Sequence record: LR756511.1
DNA length: 64,000 bases
Direction: 5' to 3' (one strand)
Positions 37,412-47,137 of this stretch are shown piece by piece. Position 1 is the stretch's first letter. Each line of letters begins with the position of its first letter. Below the pieces are notes generated by a model, which was given only the letters and a program-made list of their open reading frames with translations, searched no databases and was not told the origin of the DNA. The position numbers and the translations under genes were made by a program.

Positions 37412-38028
37412 TTTCGTTTAGTAAAGTTGTTGATCTTGTCCCAATCAGCATTAATGGTGATTGGCGCAAGAGATACCTTAACACCCAAAACATCTTGGTC
37501 AAGTGCAGTTTCTACGGTAAGTCTTGTTTTGTTGGACGGATCAAGCCACGTCCAAGTTCCAGGTTCGTTGCGAAGTCGGTCCCACATCTTCCACCACGCC
37601 AACACAGGCACCGCAGCCTTCAATTTTGCAGTATCGTCATGGATATGGACTTCCGTATCTTTTTGATGAATACGGAAATTGCCGAAATCAGCTTTTCCGC
37701 CTTTTGCCTTCGGTTCCTTTTTCTCGACTGTTGTTTCGCGTTCGCCGCCCATGATCTTTCTCCTCAGTTTGTTCAGAGTTTCAACATGATCTCTGTCCGC
37801 TATTTCTTCAAGTTCCTCATAAGCGAAATCCAAAAATTGAATTGCGCTATAGACGTTGTGGTTAAGATCATCAAAATCAGGGTCTTTGCTGCAATCGTAA
37901 TAACGGTTAATACACCTTAAACGATTAGCAGCTTTATTTAACAGAAAGATTGCTTCACGAATCTCCGTTGACCGTGCATGAATTGCAAAGTTTCTGGCAT
38001 CAATCTTTCTCTGTTTATTGCTTATCAT
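37408..38028 (-). CDS. hypothetical protein (possibly two fused ORFs)
   Basis: 206 aa coupled ORF. Confidence 0.5.
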   Translation of the reverse strand: MISNKQRKIDARNFAIHARSTEIREAIFLLNKAANRLRCINRYYDCSKDPDFDDLNHNVYSAIQFLDFAYEELEEIADRDHVETLNKLRRKIMGGERETTVEKKEPKAKGGKADFGNFRIHQKDTEVHIHDDTAKLKAAVPVLAWWKMWDRLRNEPGTWTWLDPSNKTRLTVETALDQDVLGVKVSLAPITINADWDKINNFTKRK

Positions 38029-38230
38029 AAGAACTTAAAGTCTTCTTGATTTCTTCGAAAGCGGTATCAGGACGATTCTTTAATAGCCATCGCATATTAA
38101 AGATATCATTCCCCATTCGTTTTAGCATTTTCAACCATTCGGCCAATTGGCGATGTTCCTGTCTACACTTTTCAACATTGCAAGTTGAAGCAACATCATT
38201 ACAATGTTGAATCGCTTCGTTAAGGTCCAT
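38015..38230 (-). CDS. hypothetical protein
   Basis: EAIQHC...C..EH.QLAEWL pattern common in phage small proteins. Confidence 0.55.
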   Translation of the reverse strand: MDLNEAIQHCNDVASTCNVEKCRQEHRQLAEWLKMLKRMGNDIFNMRWLLKNRPDTAFEEIKKTLSSYDKQ

Positions 38231-38452
38231 GTTGTCACTCCGTAGCCGACGTTCTGTTTTATGCTATCATTTCTCTAGTGGCCCCTACCATGCCTTCAAT
38301 CGCGTTGCTCACCCGCTAGGCAAATTTGGGTTAGACGCATTGTGGTTCAAACGATACTCGCTTTCGCTTTCTCTTCCACAAGGAGCAAATGTCCGTCGAA
38401 CTTCCTCACATCCTTAAAGGGTAGTGCGATAGCTCAAGTGACTACATCAACC

Positions 38453-39184
38453 TTAAATGATTAGATTATGCCAGTAAATGATCTTGTTCTGCCCTTCCTC
38501 GATTAAATCCTTACCATCCACCACCGCCAAGACCGCTTCCGTTGATGTCTTCCACTTATTGCGAACATGACCCAGCATAATCATTGCTTTAGCAAGCATT
38601 ATATCCTTAAATGCCTCGTCTATTGCGCCATTGATACTTCCTAGTTTCTTGGCGGTTGCATAACTTTCAAATTGTATCTTAGTGGATTCATACGCCGCGT
38701 CAAGCTGTTGCACATCTAACTCAATCTTGACAACAGGTGCGCCAAGCATTAACAGCACATAATCCTTAGCCTTATCTTTATCAGGAGCCTTAAATTCGAC
38801 TTCCACTTCTGGAATTTCTAATTCTGGTTCGGGCATCATAGTATCGCCCATACAACCATGCTCAAAATCAAAGATCGTAATGGCACCAGACATCGAGCAA
38901 CCAGGACGAACAGGAATTACAACAATATCGTAGTCTTTAAGGTACTCAAGTTTCCGCCATGCGTCTTTCATACGTTCGCAGAACGCTTCGGCCTTATAAG
39001 GCGGAAGTTGTCCTACATCAAGACGGTGGCATAAAAATCCACGCTTCTTGGGGGCAGTATCCACAGCCGCACTTCCAGCATGACCGCCGTAACTCTCTTC
39101 TTGTACAGCTGTAGCTTTACTTACAGCGGTGAGTCCTAAAAAACTGCAAATGCCAGCAATCCATCCTCTACGAGTTTCCATCAT
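38453..39184 (-). CDS. twin-arginine leader + portal(gp20)-like motif + compact neck(gp13)-like domain chimera
   Basis: TRRGWI leader; LDVGQLPPYKAEAFCERMK; KDYVLLMLGAPVVKIELD and DGKDLIEEG. Confidence 0.7.
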   Translation of the reverse strand: MMETRRGWIAGICSFLGLTAVSKATAVQEESYGGHAGSAAVDTAPKKRGFLCHRLDVGQLPPYKAEAFCERMKDAWRKLEYLKDYDIVVIPVRPGCSMSGAITIFDFEHGCMGDTMMPEPELEIPEVEVEFKAPDKDKAKDYVLLMLGAPVVKIELDVQQLDAAYESTKIQFESYATAKKLGSINGAIDEAFKDIMLAKAMIMLGHVRNKWKTSTEAVLAVVDGKDLIEEGQNKIIYWHNLII

Positions 39185-39494
39185 TTTCTCCTTCAAGCAA
39201 AATCAACTCAAACCGAGTGTTACCTTCTGCCGTTATATACGGATCAGCAACAACGTGAAAAGTAAATTCTTTTCTACACGCTAAGACTGACTTGGTAAAA
39301 TCTAAAGGATCGGCAATTTTCTTAGGCTTTGCAAATTCAAAACCTCCCCATACTGCCGCTTCGTTATATTTCTCTTGACTGGTAAACAGCGGCAAAAGGA
39401 ACTTGTCACCAACTTTGAGAAAGACGGGTCTATTCGTGAATTGGTTGAAGGGTAAGAGTAACCCAACTAAATCAATTTTTCCAGTGTTATTCAT
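39168..39494 (-). CDS. hypothetical protein (SseB N-terminal-like)
   Basis: PVFL.....LPLFTSQEK. Confidence 0.45.
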   Translation of the reverse strand: MNNTGKIDLVGLLLPFNQFTNRPVFLKVGDKFLLPLFTSQEKYNEAAVWGGFEFAKPKKIADPLDFTKSVLACRKEFTFHVVADPYITAEGNTRFELILLEGENDGNS

Positions 39495-39852
39495 TCGGCT
39501 GTGCCCACACTTCAGGATTTGCGCGTCTTGCTACCCGCAGAGCAACAAGCTGTTGGAGACGATGAATCCCTTCTTGAAATTCTCGGATATCGTCTCCACT
39601 CTTCTTATCTAAATTACAAAAAAATGCCCAAGCGTGTCCCAAATAGCCTAAGAGCAACGTTTCGTTTTCCGTAAGTCTAGCGTTGTCTTTCGCTTTGGTA
39701 AAAAACTCTGGCATTTTCTCCCCGTATAACTGCCATGTATTAGGCAGACTATTCAGGAAGTTTGGGTTGAGGCAGCAGCCCATGCAAGTAGGCGTCTCTG
39801 TCATATTACTACAACTTTCTCGATTGTAAAGCAAAAACCGCTCAAGAGACAA
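39487..39852 (-). CDS. hypothetical protein
   Basis: coupled ORF; true start probably internal. Confidence 0.45.
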   Translation of the reverse strand: MSLERFLLYNRESCSNMTETPTCMGCCLNPNFLNSLPNTWQLYGEKMPEFFTKAKDNARLTENETLLLGYLGHAWAFFCNLDKKSGDDIREFQEGIHRLQQLVALRVARRANPEVWAQPNE

Positions 39853-40078
39853 GCGTTACTCTGTTCTCTACTCCACAGCGGGCACACTCTATTGTGAACT
39901 CCCGTTTTGAACTAGCATTCTTATAGGCGAAGTCAGTCTTCCCATCACATAACCAGCAGTGAAAATATAGATTAGTATATCCAGCTAGCTGCTTTGGCTC
40001 AATTGGCGGATCAACCTTCTTAACTCCAAAAAGAAGACTGGCTATTACGTCAGAAACCGCCATAAATAGTGATCGCAT
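39842..40078 (-). CDS. zinc-ribbon hypothetical protein
   Basis: CWLC...CARC. Confidence 0.5.
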   Translation of the reverse strand: MRSLFMAVSDVIASLLFGVKKVDPPIEPKQLAGYTNLYFHCWLCDGKTDFAYKNASSKREFTIECARCGVENRVTLVS

Positions 40079-40083
40079 TGAAC

Positions 40084-40335
40084 CTATTTACGTTTATTAA
40101 AGCTCCTTCTTTTCTTGAAATGGAATTTCTTTCTAGGTTTTTGACCTGGAAATTTGAAATTTCCTCCACAAAGATCGCAACCGAAGGCTAGTTCAACTTC
40201 GTTTTGCCAACTTTCCTTTACAAATTGCGCATGGATAAAACCACCACAAGCGCATTTAGCTGGGTAGCCTTTGTAGCATTCTACACAGCGATGATCGCCC
40301 GCTGTATGTTCAGTTTTGTTTAGTAAAAAAGCCAT
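40084..40335 (-). CDS. zinc-binding hypothetical protein
   Basis: CVEC, CACGG.IH, CDLC. Confidence 0.55.
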   Translation of the reverse strand: MAFLLNKTEHTAGDHRCVECYKGYPAKCACGGFIHAQFVKESWQNEVELAFGCDLCGGNFKFPGQKPRKKFHFKKRRSFNKRK

Positions 40336-40409
40336 AACATCTCACTTCATTATCGAAACGAGAAACATAACAACTACGGTAATCGTTCCCATTGCAACCG
40401 CAAAAATAA

Positions 40410-40673
40410 TCATACTTTATAGTAGTACTTAGGGGTTATAACGTCTTGGTCGGCTACGGTTTCCCAGCCTGTCAAACCTTTAATTATAACGCCCAATGTT
40501 GGATGAATTCCTCGATACCACCGACGTACTCGCTTAAATGAGCCTTTTTGAAAAATTACTTTTTCGTCCAAAAGCTCTAGTTCGGTATTGCCCGCCACAA
40601 TCCGCCTTGTAAATAAAAGTAAGTCACTTATATCTACAACGGCACGCTCAGGATTTTCTTGAAGTAACATCAT
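40410..40673 (-). CDS. hypothetical protein
   Basis: coupled ORF. Confidence 0.5.
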   Translation of the reverse strand: MMLLQENPERAVVDISDLLLFTRRIVAGNTELELLDEKVIFQKGSFKRVRRWYRGIHPTLGVIIKGLTGWETVADQDVITPKYYYKV

Positions 40674-40676
40674 AAA

Positions 40677-41405
40677 TCACGGAGTTTTAAATATTTCCTT
40701 CACTGTTACACACGTTTCCAGATAAGTGTCTATGCTTTCACCAGCATCACCCCAATATCCATCAAGCTTGTGCGCCTTTAAATTTCCAGCTTTTAAGTAA
40801 ATATTATTTAAGTCCGTAACCTCTAACTCATTCCTTCTCGATGGCTTTAAATCCTTCAACTTCTTCCAAACTTCCTTATCATACATGTACAACCCTATTG
40901 CAATCCAATTAGATTTAGGATTCTTTGGTTTTTCTATGATTTCCGTTACTTTATCACCATCCATATTCACAACGCCATACCATTCTGGTCGTTGGTTCTG
41001 AGTCACAAATATTCTAGCCCCTTCTGGATTATTGTTAAAATCCTCTACTACTTCATGAAAGGGTTTCTGTAGAATGTTATCGCCCAACATTACACAAATA
41101 TTATCTCCATCCGTCCAATCTTCCGCAAGAGCTAAAGCATGAGCAATTCCGCCCGCCTCTTTTTGATAAGTGTAAGCTATATGCTTTAACCCAAACTCCT
41201 CTCCATTTCCTAATATTCTTAAGAAATCACCAACATTTTGACCACCACAAACTATAAGAATATCTGTAATGCCACTATTAACCATACTTTGAATTGGATA
41301 ATAGATCATCGGCTTATTATATACGGGAAGCAAGTGCTTGTTAACCACATTGGTCAAAGGTCTGAGCCTTGTTCCCATTCCACCAGCTAAAATTACCCCT
41401 CGCAA
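40677..41405 (-). CDS. sugar-1-phosphate nucleotidylyltransferase (RmlA/RfbA-like)
   Basis: GVILAGGMGTRLRPLT..NKHLLPVY.KPMIYYP, LGDN, EKP, RNELEVTD. Confidence 0.92.
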   Translation of the reverse strand: MRGVILAGGMGTRLRPLTNVVNKHLLPVYNKPMIYYPIQSMVNSGITDILIVCGGQNVGDFLRILGNGEEFGLKHIAYTYQKEAGGIAHALALAEDWTDGDNICVMLGDNILQKPFHEVVEDFNNNPEGARIFVTQNQRPEWYGVVNMDGDKVTEIIEKPKNPKSNWIAIGLYMYDKEVWKKLKDLKPSRRNELEVTDLNNIYLKAGNLKAHKLDGYWGDAGESIDTYLETCVTVKEIFKTP

Positions 41406-41415
41406 AGTTCCTCCA

Positions 41416-41613
41416 TTAAATCATATAATCCCAACACCCACAACAATAACATTCTATGTCATCTGCTTCGCCTTCTCCCTGACAAATAAAGCAGTCTGGA
41501 TCGTATAACCGTCCGCAGGTAAAACAAACCCAGCCGCCCATTTCAACATCCCATATTCTCATTTTACGTTTATAACTAACTTGTAAGTCTTGTCGCTCGA
41601 TTTGCGGTCCCAT
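41416..41613 (-). CDS. Cys-rich hypothetical protein
   Basis: small coupled ORF. Confidence 0.45.
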   Translation of the reverse strand: MGPQIERQDLQVSYKRKMRIWDVEMGGWVCFTCGRLYDPDCFICQGEGEADDIECYCCGCWDYMI

Positions 41614-41930
41614 ATTCGTGTATAATATAGTGTTAATGTATGTTTCCCTTGCTTTAAAGCTTTAAATTGCATAACCTGCGTCACGGGCGCACCAATTCTC
41701 ATCGGGCTTCTAGGAACATCCTCATATTGTGACTGACCTATGTGAGTAAAGTCCGTGCCACCATCAAATAACCACTGATAACCCGTACTAGGATTAGAAG
41801 TGAGCCTCACAGTAAACGTATCGCCTACCGAATGTTCAATCTCAATACCATTATCGGTATCTTTGTATGTCGGTTGTGCCATAGTTAAAGCCATAAGTAA
41901 AACTAATTGCATTTCACACCAAGGCTGCAT
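41559..41930 (-). CDS. protease inhibitor I42 (chagasin family), secreted
   Basis: signal peptide; LTSNPSTGYQW, GAP, FKA...G, YTRIWD. Confidence 0.85.
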   Translation of the reverse strand: MQPWCEMQLVLLMALTMAQPTYKDTDNGIEIEHSVGDTFTVRLTSNPSTGYQWLFDGGTDFTHIGQSQYEDVPRSPMRIGAPVTQVMQFKALKQGKHTLTLYYTRIWDRKSSDKTYKLVINVK

Positions 41931-42139
41931 TCTGGACAGACTGGATGTTCTATTACTATTTGTGGACCAACGCCACCTGGATCATCCGCCCACTCCAGCT
42001 TTTTCTTACCATTCTTGTCCAACGTCCAACGCTTTTGAACCTTCGCCCTGAATGGGTGATGGTGCATTCTTGTTACCACCATTTTTTTGCAAGGTGTCTT
42101 TGGTGGCACAGACTTTCTGCATAAACTGCATCTAAACAT
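41903..42139 (-). CDS. hypothetical protein
   Basis: CSLC...CPEC. Confidence 0.5.
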   Translation of the reverse strand: MFRCSLCRKSVPPKTPCKKMVVTRMHHHPFRAKVQKRWTLDKNGKKKLEWADDPGGVGPQIVIEHPVCPECSLGVKCN

Positions 42140-42149
42140 GAGTTAATCC

Positions 42150-43064
42150 TTAAGATAAAAGAGTGTTTCGCAAGCTATTTCTTGCCCACTTTTCCCCTGT
42201 GAGCCTTTCATATGCTTCAACATACTTGTTCCGAGTTTTTTCAATGATATCAGGCGGCAAAGGAGGAGGGGAACTCTCTTTGTCCCAACCGCTATTTTCA
42301 GCCCAATCCCGAATAAACTGCTTGTCAAAAGAAGGAATTGACGCATCCAACTTATAAGCATCTAAAGGCCAAAACCGCGAGCTATCAGGCGTAATAACCT
42401 CATCAATCAAAACAACAGTATTGTTCAAATAAGGCAAAATGCCCCATTCAAACTTAGTATCCGCAATAATAATGCCATTAGCCCAAGCAACCTGAGCCGC
42501 TTCTGTATATAATTCAACACTTAAAGCTTCAATTTCAGCAGCTAATTCAACACCAATTTCTTTTGCCATAACATCAAAGGACACGTTTTCGTCATGTCCC
42601 GTTGCCGCTTTTATGGCTGGTGTAAATATAGGTTTTGGAAATTGTTGATTTTGCCTTAAATTTGGTGGCAAAGGAATACCGCAAACACTACCTGTTTTCT
42701 GATATTCCTTCCACGCGGACCCAGCCAAATAACCTCGCACCACACATTCAAACGGAATCACTTCGGCTCGCTCTACCAACATCGTTCTGCTACGAAACTC
42801 TGGCTCCCTAAAGTCTTCGGGCATCTGATTTAGGTCCGTAGCGATCAAATGATACGGCATTTCCAGCTTTTTTGCCCAAAAACACGAAATTGCCTGAAGG
42901 ATTTTTCCTTTATCTTGAATGGTGTTGGGGAAAACATGATCGAACGCACTAACCCGATCCGTTGTAACAATTATTAACATTGTCTCGCCAAGCTCGTAAA
43001 CATCCCGAACCTTCCCGCGACGACAAACGTAATTATCAACTTTTGTTTCTCGTAAACCTTCCAT
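42150..43064 (-). CDS. purC: phosphoribosylaminoimidazole-succinocarboxamide (SAICAR) synthase
   Basis: GKVRDVY, TDRVSAFD, ECVVRGYLAGSAW, ADTKFEWG, DEVITPDSSRFW, FDKQFIRDW. Confidence 0.97.
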   Translation of the reverse strand: MEGLRETKVDNYVCRRGKVRDVYELGETMLIIVTTDRVSAFDHVFPNTIQDKGKILQAISCFWAKKLEMPYHLIATDLNQMPEDFREPEFRSRTMLVERAEVIPFECVVRGYLAGSAWKEYQKTGSVCGIPLPPNLRQNQQFPKPIFTPAIKAATGHDENVSFDVMAKEIGVELAAEIEALSVELYTEAAQVAWANGIIIADTKFEWGILPYLNNTVVLIDEVITPDSSRFWPLDAYKLDASIPSFDKQFIRDWAENSGWDKESSPPPLPPDIIEKTRNKYVEAYERLTGEKWARNSLRNTLLS

Positions 43065-43112
43065 GCGGCTATCTTAACAAAAAAAATGGGGACAGTCAAT
43101 GTATATAAATTG

Positions 43113-43535
43113 ATGGAAACATTCGTAGATTTCATTGAAAACAAAGAAGACTTGCCTTCTGAAGCAAAAGAAGCAATGAGAGAAATTCAAATCGTCATGA
43201 CCGAAACACTTGGCTGTACCAAAAAGACCAATGGCTTCGGTATTAATGACATCAAATTTGAATTGATAAATCAGCAGAAAAGTAGCAAAGGTCTACAACT
43301 AAACTTAGAGGCACGCGGTTCAGCTATTGTAAAAGGCAAAGAGCATTTGAGTCGCCTGCTACAAAGACTTGTAAGCGACTCTAGAGAAGACTTGTGGAAA
43401 AAGAACATCTTTTTCGAGATGATGTATCACAAGGTTGATATGTCAGAAAATAAACTGGAGATGGACGAGACGCCATTAGGATTAAAAAACACCGTTCATT
43501 TCAGTGTTATTTGTGCGGCACTCATATTCACTTAG
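43113..43535 (+). CDS. putative head-packaged protein (METFVDFIE N-terminus)
   Basis: TATATA box 5 nt before this internal ATG; CTS-like start. Confidence 0.5.
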   Translation: METFVDFIENKEDLPSEAKEAMREIQIVMTETLGCTKKTNGFGINDIKFELINQQKSSKGLQLNLEARGSAIVKGKEHLSRLLQRLVSDSREDLWKKNIFFEMMYHKVDMSENKLEMDETPLGLKNTVHFSVICAALIFT

Positions 43536-43538
43536 AGT

Positions 43539-44336
43539 ATGAAAGCAATTCTACTAACAGGCAGTATCGGAGACGTAATTGCCGTAGAGTCCCTCATGAC
43601 AGAAGAGGAACGCAAAAACATTCATTCTATCTTCTATGCAAGCAGGGTCGCACAACCATGCATGGAATTATTTCGAAGGATCAAAACCTTCCCTAACTTA
43701 AAAACACAAACCTGTCTCTGGCATGATTTCAGCCGAATATTTGGCTTTAGTAGCAAAGAACACTTTTTAGATATATTATGCGCGTACCAACCTGAACCCT
43801 TACAATCAGCGGTTAGGGAATTAATGGGACTAGTCGAAGATTATTCTATAGCCACTATATTCCATCAAACTACGCGAAAATATAAATTCTCCAGCTTTAT
43901 AGATGCTACACTTACAAATATTACAAAATTCAAATTACCAAATGATTACTTTGTCATATGCCCTTATAGCAGTAATGACAAAAGAGACATAAGAAGAGAT
44001 TATAATGACGATGATTGGGATAATACCATAGATATTTTAACCAAATTAGGAGTTCCAGGTGTAGTTATCAATCGTGGGGAGGACAAAGTGCCTGCACATT
44101 CATCCTTGATGAACTTGAGCAATCAGACGGCAATTTGGGAAGCAATAGAAATTGTTAAAAACGCAAAAGGATATATTGGAATTGATACTGGCTTTTCAGT
44201 CGTTTCAGCTAAATGCCACGCTTCTAAGAATATTATAATTAAGTCACATAACGATCATTGCTATCGCTGGGCGCACTGTTATTTTGCTCCAAAACAATCA
44301 TTCGAATTTCTAAAATGTCAAATAACTAGGGATTAG
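43539..44336 (+). CDS. glycosyltransferase family 9-like
   Basis: GSIGDVIA, YFVICPYSS, AKGYIGIDTG. Confidence 0.7.
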   Translation: MKAILLTGSIGDVIAVESLMTEEERKNIHSIFYASRVAQPCMELFRRIKTFPNLKTQTCLWHDFSRIFGFSSKEHFLDILCAYQPEPLQSAVRELMGLVEDYSIATIFHQTTRKYKFSSFIDATLTNITKFKLPNDYFVICPYSSNDKRDIRRDYNDDDWDNTIDILTKLGVPGVVINRGEDKVPAHSSLMNLSNQTAIWEAIEIVKNAKGYIGIDTGFSVVSAKCHASKNIIIKSHNDHCYRWAHCYFAPKQSFEFLKCQITRD

Positions 44337-44480
44337 CTTTCCTCTTTTTATAAATCTTTTGTACATATTGCCATAGAGTCTTCGGTGGTGGACTATATTT
44401 CTTTGGTTGACCTTCTCGGTTTTTCTTTCGATCTAGCCAAAAATTCTTCACGAAATTATCTAGGCTTAATATATAATTTC

Positions 44481-44693
44481 ATGAAATTTAATGAATGGTT
44501 AACACAGAATAATAAAGATTTTGACGAGCTATCGCCTGACATTGGCATGGAAACCATTGAAGATGTTGACTTAATTGAAAGCCAAGTCGAACAATGGATA
44601 ACCAAACTTGTTGGTCTACTTGACAATGCTAGCGAAGAAACTCGCCAAAGACTCGTAGGCAAAATAGTTAGCGAGATTCAGAAGCGGATTTAA
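44481..44693 (+). CDS. putative head-packaged small acidic protein (MKFNEWL N-terminus)
   Basis: TATATA box 5 nt before ATG; CTS-like start. Confidence 0.55.
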   Translation: MKFNEWLTQNNKDFDELSPDIGMETIEDVDLIESQVEQWITKLVGLLDNASEETRQRLVGKIVSEIQKRI

Positions 44694-45105
44694 GCTCGGC
44701 TCTGATCTTCATTAGTATTTTCCCAAGATGATTCTCGCCTTTGCCTTTACAAATTCCCCAAAAGCAATCGCCCCAGGAGTTCGTTTCCTCAATGTATGCA
44801 TCTCCCGTTGCCAAAAGCTTCTCTTTTAACTCTCGGTGTTTGGTAAACTTCTGACGTACTAAGTCTTCCATAACCCCAATTTTGATCTGCTCCCAATCAG
44901 GGCGTAGCGTAACACTCTTGCCAAGCTTCTTCGCATCCCCAGGTTTAGACGATTCCCTAATCCTTCGGCGTTCCGCAGGAACCGTCGTCTTCGCAGCCTG
45001 ATAAGCATGTTCCGTCGAGCTATATTCCAGACCATCGTATTCAACGACCGCTGGATAAAAGTTCGACAAAAACCGATACGTCTTATTGAATCCTAAAATG
45101 TCCAT
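44668..45105 (-). CDS. NADAR (YbiA/DUF1768) family ADP-ribosyl hydrolase
   Basis: FLSNFY, STEHAYQAAK, KFTKH..L..KLLATG, DCFWG, GENHLGKILM. Confidence 0.92.
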   Translation of the reverse strand: MDILGFNKTYRFLSNFYPAVVEYDGLEYSSTEHAYQAAKTTVPAERRRIRESSKPGDAKKLGKSVTLRPDWEQIKIGVMEDLVRQKFTKHRELKEKLLATGDAYIEETNSWGDCFWGICKGKGENHLGKILMKIRAELKSASESR

Positions 45106-45113
45106 AACCCCTC

Positions 45114-45401
45114 CTAGTCATCATAATAATCGCGGCTTAGTCGCGCGATTAATTTGTTCTTCTGCTCGGCATCCTTCACCATTTCCGTGAGTTTCTTTCT
45201 CTGCGACTGAATCTTCTCTTCCTTCTCTTTTATCAATTCTTGATAATTAAAGCTATCATAAACCTGACGGAATCCACAAAAAGAAATCAAAAGAAACGCC
45301 ATCGCAACAGCAAAACTATTGCTGTTTGCCATATAAATCCCATAAAATAATGGCACCCACCCCGTAGTAATAAAATACAGGGTGAGAAGAAAGCGTTGCA
45401 T
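45114..45401 (-). CDS. membrane protein with coiled-coil tail
   Basis: two TM segments then heptads. Confidence 0.5.
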   Translation of the reverse strand: MQRFLLTLYFITTGWVPLFYGIYMANSNSFAVAMAFLLISFCGFRQVYDSFNYQELIKEKEEKIQSQRKKLTEMVKDAEQKNKLIARLSRDYYDD

Positions 45402-46174
45402 TATAATGTCAATATCTCACAGCCAGAACCAGTAACCAAAATCGTATGCTCAAATTGAGCCGATAGTTTACCATCCGTAGTTCTTACTGTCCATTGATCG
45501 TTCTCGTCTACCAATACATCCGCCCCGCCCAAACAAATCATAGGTTCAATAGTGAACGTCATTCCAGCAAACATTCGAACGCCATCTGTCTTCTGAGCTA
45601 CGTGACAAATCTGCGGCGGTTCATGAAATTCAATACCAACGCCATGCCCACAGAACTGCTCCACCACCGTACAGCCCTGTAGTATAGCATACGAGTAGAT
45701 ACTATGTCCAATTTCCCCCGTTAAAGCTCCAGGCTTAACTTGCTTTATGCCTAAGTCTAAACACTTCTTTGTAACTTCTAGAAGATGCTCTGCATCTTTT
45801 GAAATTTGCCCAACAGGAAACGTGGAAGCAGTATCCCCATAATACCCGTCGAGAATCGTCGTCACATCTATTCCTACGATGTCGCCTTCTTTTAATTCAG
45901 TGTCATCGGGAATACCGTGGCAGACTACCTCGTTGAGAGAGATGCAACTGCTTTTTGGATATGGTGGCTGTTTTGGACACGCTCCTTTATAGCCTAATGT
46001 TGCGGCGTGCGCACCATGATCCCGAATGAAGTCAGCCATCAATTTATCAAGTTCCGATGTTTTCTTCCCTGGCACCACATACGGTTCGATAAATTTCAAA
46101 GTTGCAGCAGCGAGTTTGCAACTCTTACGGATGCCTTCAATTTGTCGATTACTTTTTATAAGGATATGCTTCAT
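45401..46174 (-). CDS. map: methionine aminopeptidase type I
   Basis: SLNEVVCHGIP, DVTT..DGYYGDT, FCGHGVG..FHE.P, EPM, SAQFEHT. Confidence 0.97.
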   Translation of the reverse strand: MKHILIKSNRQIEGIRKSCKLAAATLKFIEPYVVPGKKTSELDKLMADFIRDHGAHAATLGYKGACPKQPPYPKSSCISLNEVVCHGIPDDTELKEGDIVGIDVTTILDGYYGDTASTFPVGQISKDAEHLLEVTKKCLDLGIKQVKPGALTGEIGHSIYSYAILQGCTVVEQFCGHGVGIEFHEPPQICHVAQKTDGVRMFAGMTFTIEPMICLGGADVLVDENDQWTVRTTDGKLSAQFEHTILVTGSGCEILTL

Positions 46175-46290
46175 TGTGGCTATTCTGCCGTGAAGCCAGA
46201 AATTTCGCAATGGATTTTTGTCGTGAAATTTCCATTTGCAAAACAATTTCGTCCGATTACTATATATCGTGAAAGGAGGCATTCGACCAT

Positions 46291-46764
46291 ATGCCAGCCA
46301 TCCACGATGAAGCAAATCAAGTTGTCACCGTCATTCAGGACTACATTCACAAGGAAAAATTGACAGAATTGCTTATTAGGCTAGATGAAGATATAGGAAA
46401 GAAAAGCGAAAATGAAATTACTAAAGCCTTCCTGTCTCATCTAAGAAAAGTGGTTGATAAACCACTTCCGCCCCCGCCCATGTGGTTATGGATTTCATTT
46501 TACAGTCTTGTGGTGTTTCACATTCTCCTTGTCATCGCTGTTATTTTCTCGTTCTTTGTATTGCCGTTCCTTGCGCCGTGGTATGTTGCGGTGCCATGTA
46601 TGACCTTTATTTGGTTTTTCTCCACAACAAGGGTCGATTGTCAGCTAACGAATCTCGAAAACTACATACGCAGACAACTAGGCTTAAAACGAATTGGCGG
46701 ATTTGTTGGGCATTATTTCCTCAAACCTGCTAGATTAGTTTTAAGGAGATATGGATTACGATGA
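46291..46764 (+). CDS. DUF2784-like membrane protein
   Basis: VFHILL...CQLTNLENYIRR..G...GFVGHY; AAAGGAGG RBS. Confidence 0.7.
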   Translation: MPAIHDEANQVVTVIQDYIHKEKLTELLIRLDEDIGKKSENEITKAFLSHLRKVVDKPLPPPPMWLWISFYSLVVFHILLVIAVIFSFFVLPFLAPWYVAVPCMTFIWFFSTTRVDCQLTNLENYIRRQLGLKRIGGFVGHYFLKPARLVLRRYGLR

Positions 46765-47066
46765 GCTATGCAGACAAAAAATTCAAATTTGTAGATAATC
46801 ATAAATACAAATTTAAAGTTGGTGACAGATTACGATTAATCCAAGACTATCAAGTTGGTTTGGACGTGACGCCAATTGGATCGGCTGGAATTGTTACAGC
46901 TTTCCACGAATGGGAACTAAATCTGAACGACTTCAAAGAAATGCTACTGGCCGAAATTGGTGAGGAAGGCATCAAAGACGCTTTAGCCACATTCAAGGCA
47001 AAGCGTGAAGAACGGTTTGCGGCGGGTGATAAACGAACTCTTTATGATGTGCTAAAGAGCGTCTAG
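46761..47066 (+). CDS. hypothetical protein
   Basis: coupled ORF, KFKVGDRLR SH3-like start. Confidence 0.5.
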   Translation: MSYADKKFKFVDNHKYKFKVGDRLRLIQDYQVGLDVTPIGSAGIVTAFHEWELNLNDFKEMLLAEIGEEGIKDALATFKAKREERFAAGDKRTLYDVLKSV

Positions 47067-47128
47067 AGGGAGTCGAACCCTCGTCATCAGATTGGAAATC
47101 TGAGGTAATGCCGTTATACGATAGACGC
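47058..47128 (-). tRNA. tRNA-Gly (UCC)
   Basis: GCGTCTA/TAGACGC, TCAGA-TTTCCAA-TCTGA, GAGGG-TTCGACT-CCCTC. Confidence 0.92.
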
Positions 47129-47137
47129 TACGAAATC

